Below are positions 15,142 through 16,619 of a stretch of 16,619 nucleotides of DNA, piece by piece. The DNA lies in the NCBI GenBank assembly GCA_043804515.1, contig JAZDIZ010000113.1, positions 1 through 16,619 of the forward strand, in the 5' to 3' direction. The translations under genes and the position numbers were made by a program. The stretch comes from Pseudomonadota bacterium (GTDB lineage: Bacteria > Bdellovibrionota_G > JALEGL01 > DATDPG01). Within the stretch, counting starts at the first letter, position 1; each line of letters opens with the position of its first letter. The notes under the pieces are model-generated. The model worked only from the letters and a program-made list of their open reading frames with translations. It searched no databases and had not been told where the DNA came from.

Positions 15142-16131
15142 ATGCATATGCCGCCCCGTTCATCCTGGCTTTTGATCGGATTGGTTTGCTTCACGTTCAC
15201 GGCCGCTACGGCGGCTCAGGTGGTCGCCGAAGGAGCATTCCTCCGCGGCGGCCCCGGGACCGACCAGCCGGTGGTAGCCCAACTCCAAAAGGGGGACGAA
15301 CTTCATCTGGTGGAGCAAAAGGGCGATTGGTTCCTGGCCGAGACGGATGACAATCATGTGGGTTGGGTCAACACGAGCGTTCTCAAGAACATCGAACCCA
15401 TAAAGAGCGAGACGGCCTCTGCCTCTCCTGCGGCCGGTTCCGCTTCGGCGCCGGTCAATCCAGCCTCGGCCCCTCCGGCGGACGCTTCGACAAAGGCCTT
15501 ATCAAGTCCCGCCGGGGCCCCGGCAGGCACTCCGTCCAAACCCGTCGAGCCGGCTTCAAGCACGCCTCTACCTCCATCCCCTGCCCTGACGAACGCACCG
15601 ACGGCGCAACCTACGCCGGCGCCGGAGATTCTTCCCGGCGCGGACGAGGAGCGGCTCGCGAGAGGGGAATATAAGGGCGAGTTCGGCGAGATTTCACTGG
15701 CGGTTCGACCGGGCGCCGCGTGGAAGCGGAGCGGGCCGGCCACGATCGGTAAACACGGGTTCGTCATCGGAGCCCACGTGGCGTATGTCCCGTCGAAAGT
15801 TTTTGGCGTCAGCATTCCCTATACGTTTCTCCGCTACGGCCCGGGTAAATCCTTTCAAAGCGTGGGTGGAGGGCCCTACTTCCGCTTGCTGAATATGCAT
15901 TACCTGCGCGCCTCCATGGATGGGAACGCCCTCTACGTGCGCGGCTTAAAGGCGAATCATTTCGGATGGAGCGCAGGAGGGGATGTCACCATCGGAAACC
16001 GGAAGGCCAAGTTGCGTCCGTTCTTCGGCCCATTTGTGCGATACGAGAGGTATTCCCTCCCCGGCCGTGACCTCGGCTCGCTTTTCGTGGGGGCGAGTCT
16101 GACGCTTACGAATCTAACGGATATCAACTAA
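15142..16131 (+). CDS. Secreted SH3b-domain protein with Pro/Ala linker and C-terminal putative outer-membrane beta-barrel (start 15142 or 15148)
   Basis: Signal peptide; SH3b-like motif AFLRGGPGT...LQKGD...GDW...GWV; P/A/S-rich linker; about 8 amphipathic Gly/aromatic strands. The ORF-track start at 14965 overlaps rluD and is rejected. Confidence 0.8.
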   Translation: MHMPPRSSWLLIGLVCFTFTAATAAQVVAEGAFLRGGPGTDQPVVAQLQKGDELHLVEQKGDWFLAETDDNHVGWVNTSVLKNIEPIKSETASASPAAGSASAPVNPASAPPADASTKALSSPAGAPAGTPSKPVEPASSTPLPPSPALTNAPTAQPTPAPEILPGADEERLARGEYKGEFGEISLAVRPGAAWKRSGPATIGKHGFVIGAHVAYVPSKVFGVSIPYTFLRYGPGKSFQSVGGGPYFRLLNMHYLRASMDGNALYVRGLKANHFGWSAGGDVTIGNRKAKLRPFFGPFVRYERYSLPGRDLGSLFVGASLTLTNLTDIN

Positions 16132-16269
16132 GCGTTTAAGGAGTGACACCTTAATCGTTAACCCTTAACAGGCTGCGGAAACACTGGCATCGAAGTCCGC
16201 CAACGGCGCGTCCCAAGCAGAGGAAGGGTTGTTTAGGGGGAGAACGAGGCGGCCCTGGCCCGGTCGGAG

Positions 16270-16619
16270 TCAGGGGCTACTCGAAAGCAATTCGGCCTCG
16301 GACTGAAACATTTTTTCTGCAAGATACTGATTGTGCATCCGGCATAAGTGCCTGATGTTCTCTTCATTAGATGAGCCACCCGACCAGTACGGATCCATAT
16401 GGTCGAATTCAAGAAGGTAGCGGCTTTCGCATCGCCGTCCGCTCATTGGATCGACATATTCACACTGTCCTTTGGATCGATCCCGAACCCTTCGTTTGGC
16501 GTCAGCTGCAATATACCGAGTCGGAGGCATGGAGTCGGTTGAGGAATCGGATTCCCTCTTCCACCTTACCGGTAAGGTTAAGGTCTTCTTCTTGTCCTTC
16601 CGGCTCGGATCCTTTGGGC
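16270..16619 (-). CDS. HNH endonuclease-domain protein, 5'-truncated by the window edge
   Basis: Frame is open to the window end (PKDPSRKDKKK...SMPPT). RYIAADAKRRVRDRSKGQCEYVD...RRC...LEFDH..P...GG....NIRHLCRMHN is an HNH with zinc ligands. Confidence 0.85.
   Translation of the reverse strand, partial: PKDPSRKDKKKTLTLPVRWKRESDSSTDSMPPTRYIAADAKRRVRDRSKGQCEYVDPMSGRRCESRYLLEFDHMDPYWSGGSSNEENIRHLCRMHNQYLAEKMFQSEAELLSSSP

Overview
GC-rich bacterial chromosomal window, mostly housekeeping genes: the 3' part of metH, a convergent DEAD-box helicase/B12-radical SAM pair, a lipoprotein, a glpD-pfkB-gap*-gap operon, two paralogous Pro/Thr-rich lipoproteins with sigma54/IHF-like promoter signals, a REP/MITE-like inverted repeat, dCMP deaminase, tdh, rluD, an SH3b + beta-barrel protein and the 3' end of an HNH gene. 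Gene content is loosely suggestive of a Bdellovibrionota/Myxococcota/Deltaproteobacteria-type genome (inference only). The main finding is a full-length GAPDH paralogue that has lost the catalytic Cys149 (to Val) and the phosphate-site residues R231 and G209. It keeps the NAD-binding motif and the S-loop, and is translationally coupled (ATGA) to a canonical GAPDH, which makes it a candidate pseudo-enzyme subunit or regulator of GAPDH. Also notable are a probable CTG start for glpD and a cluster of palindromes in the tdh promoter region.
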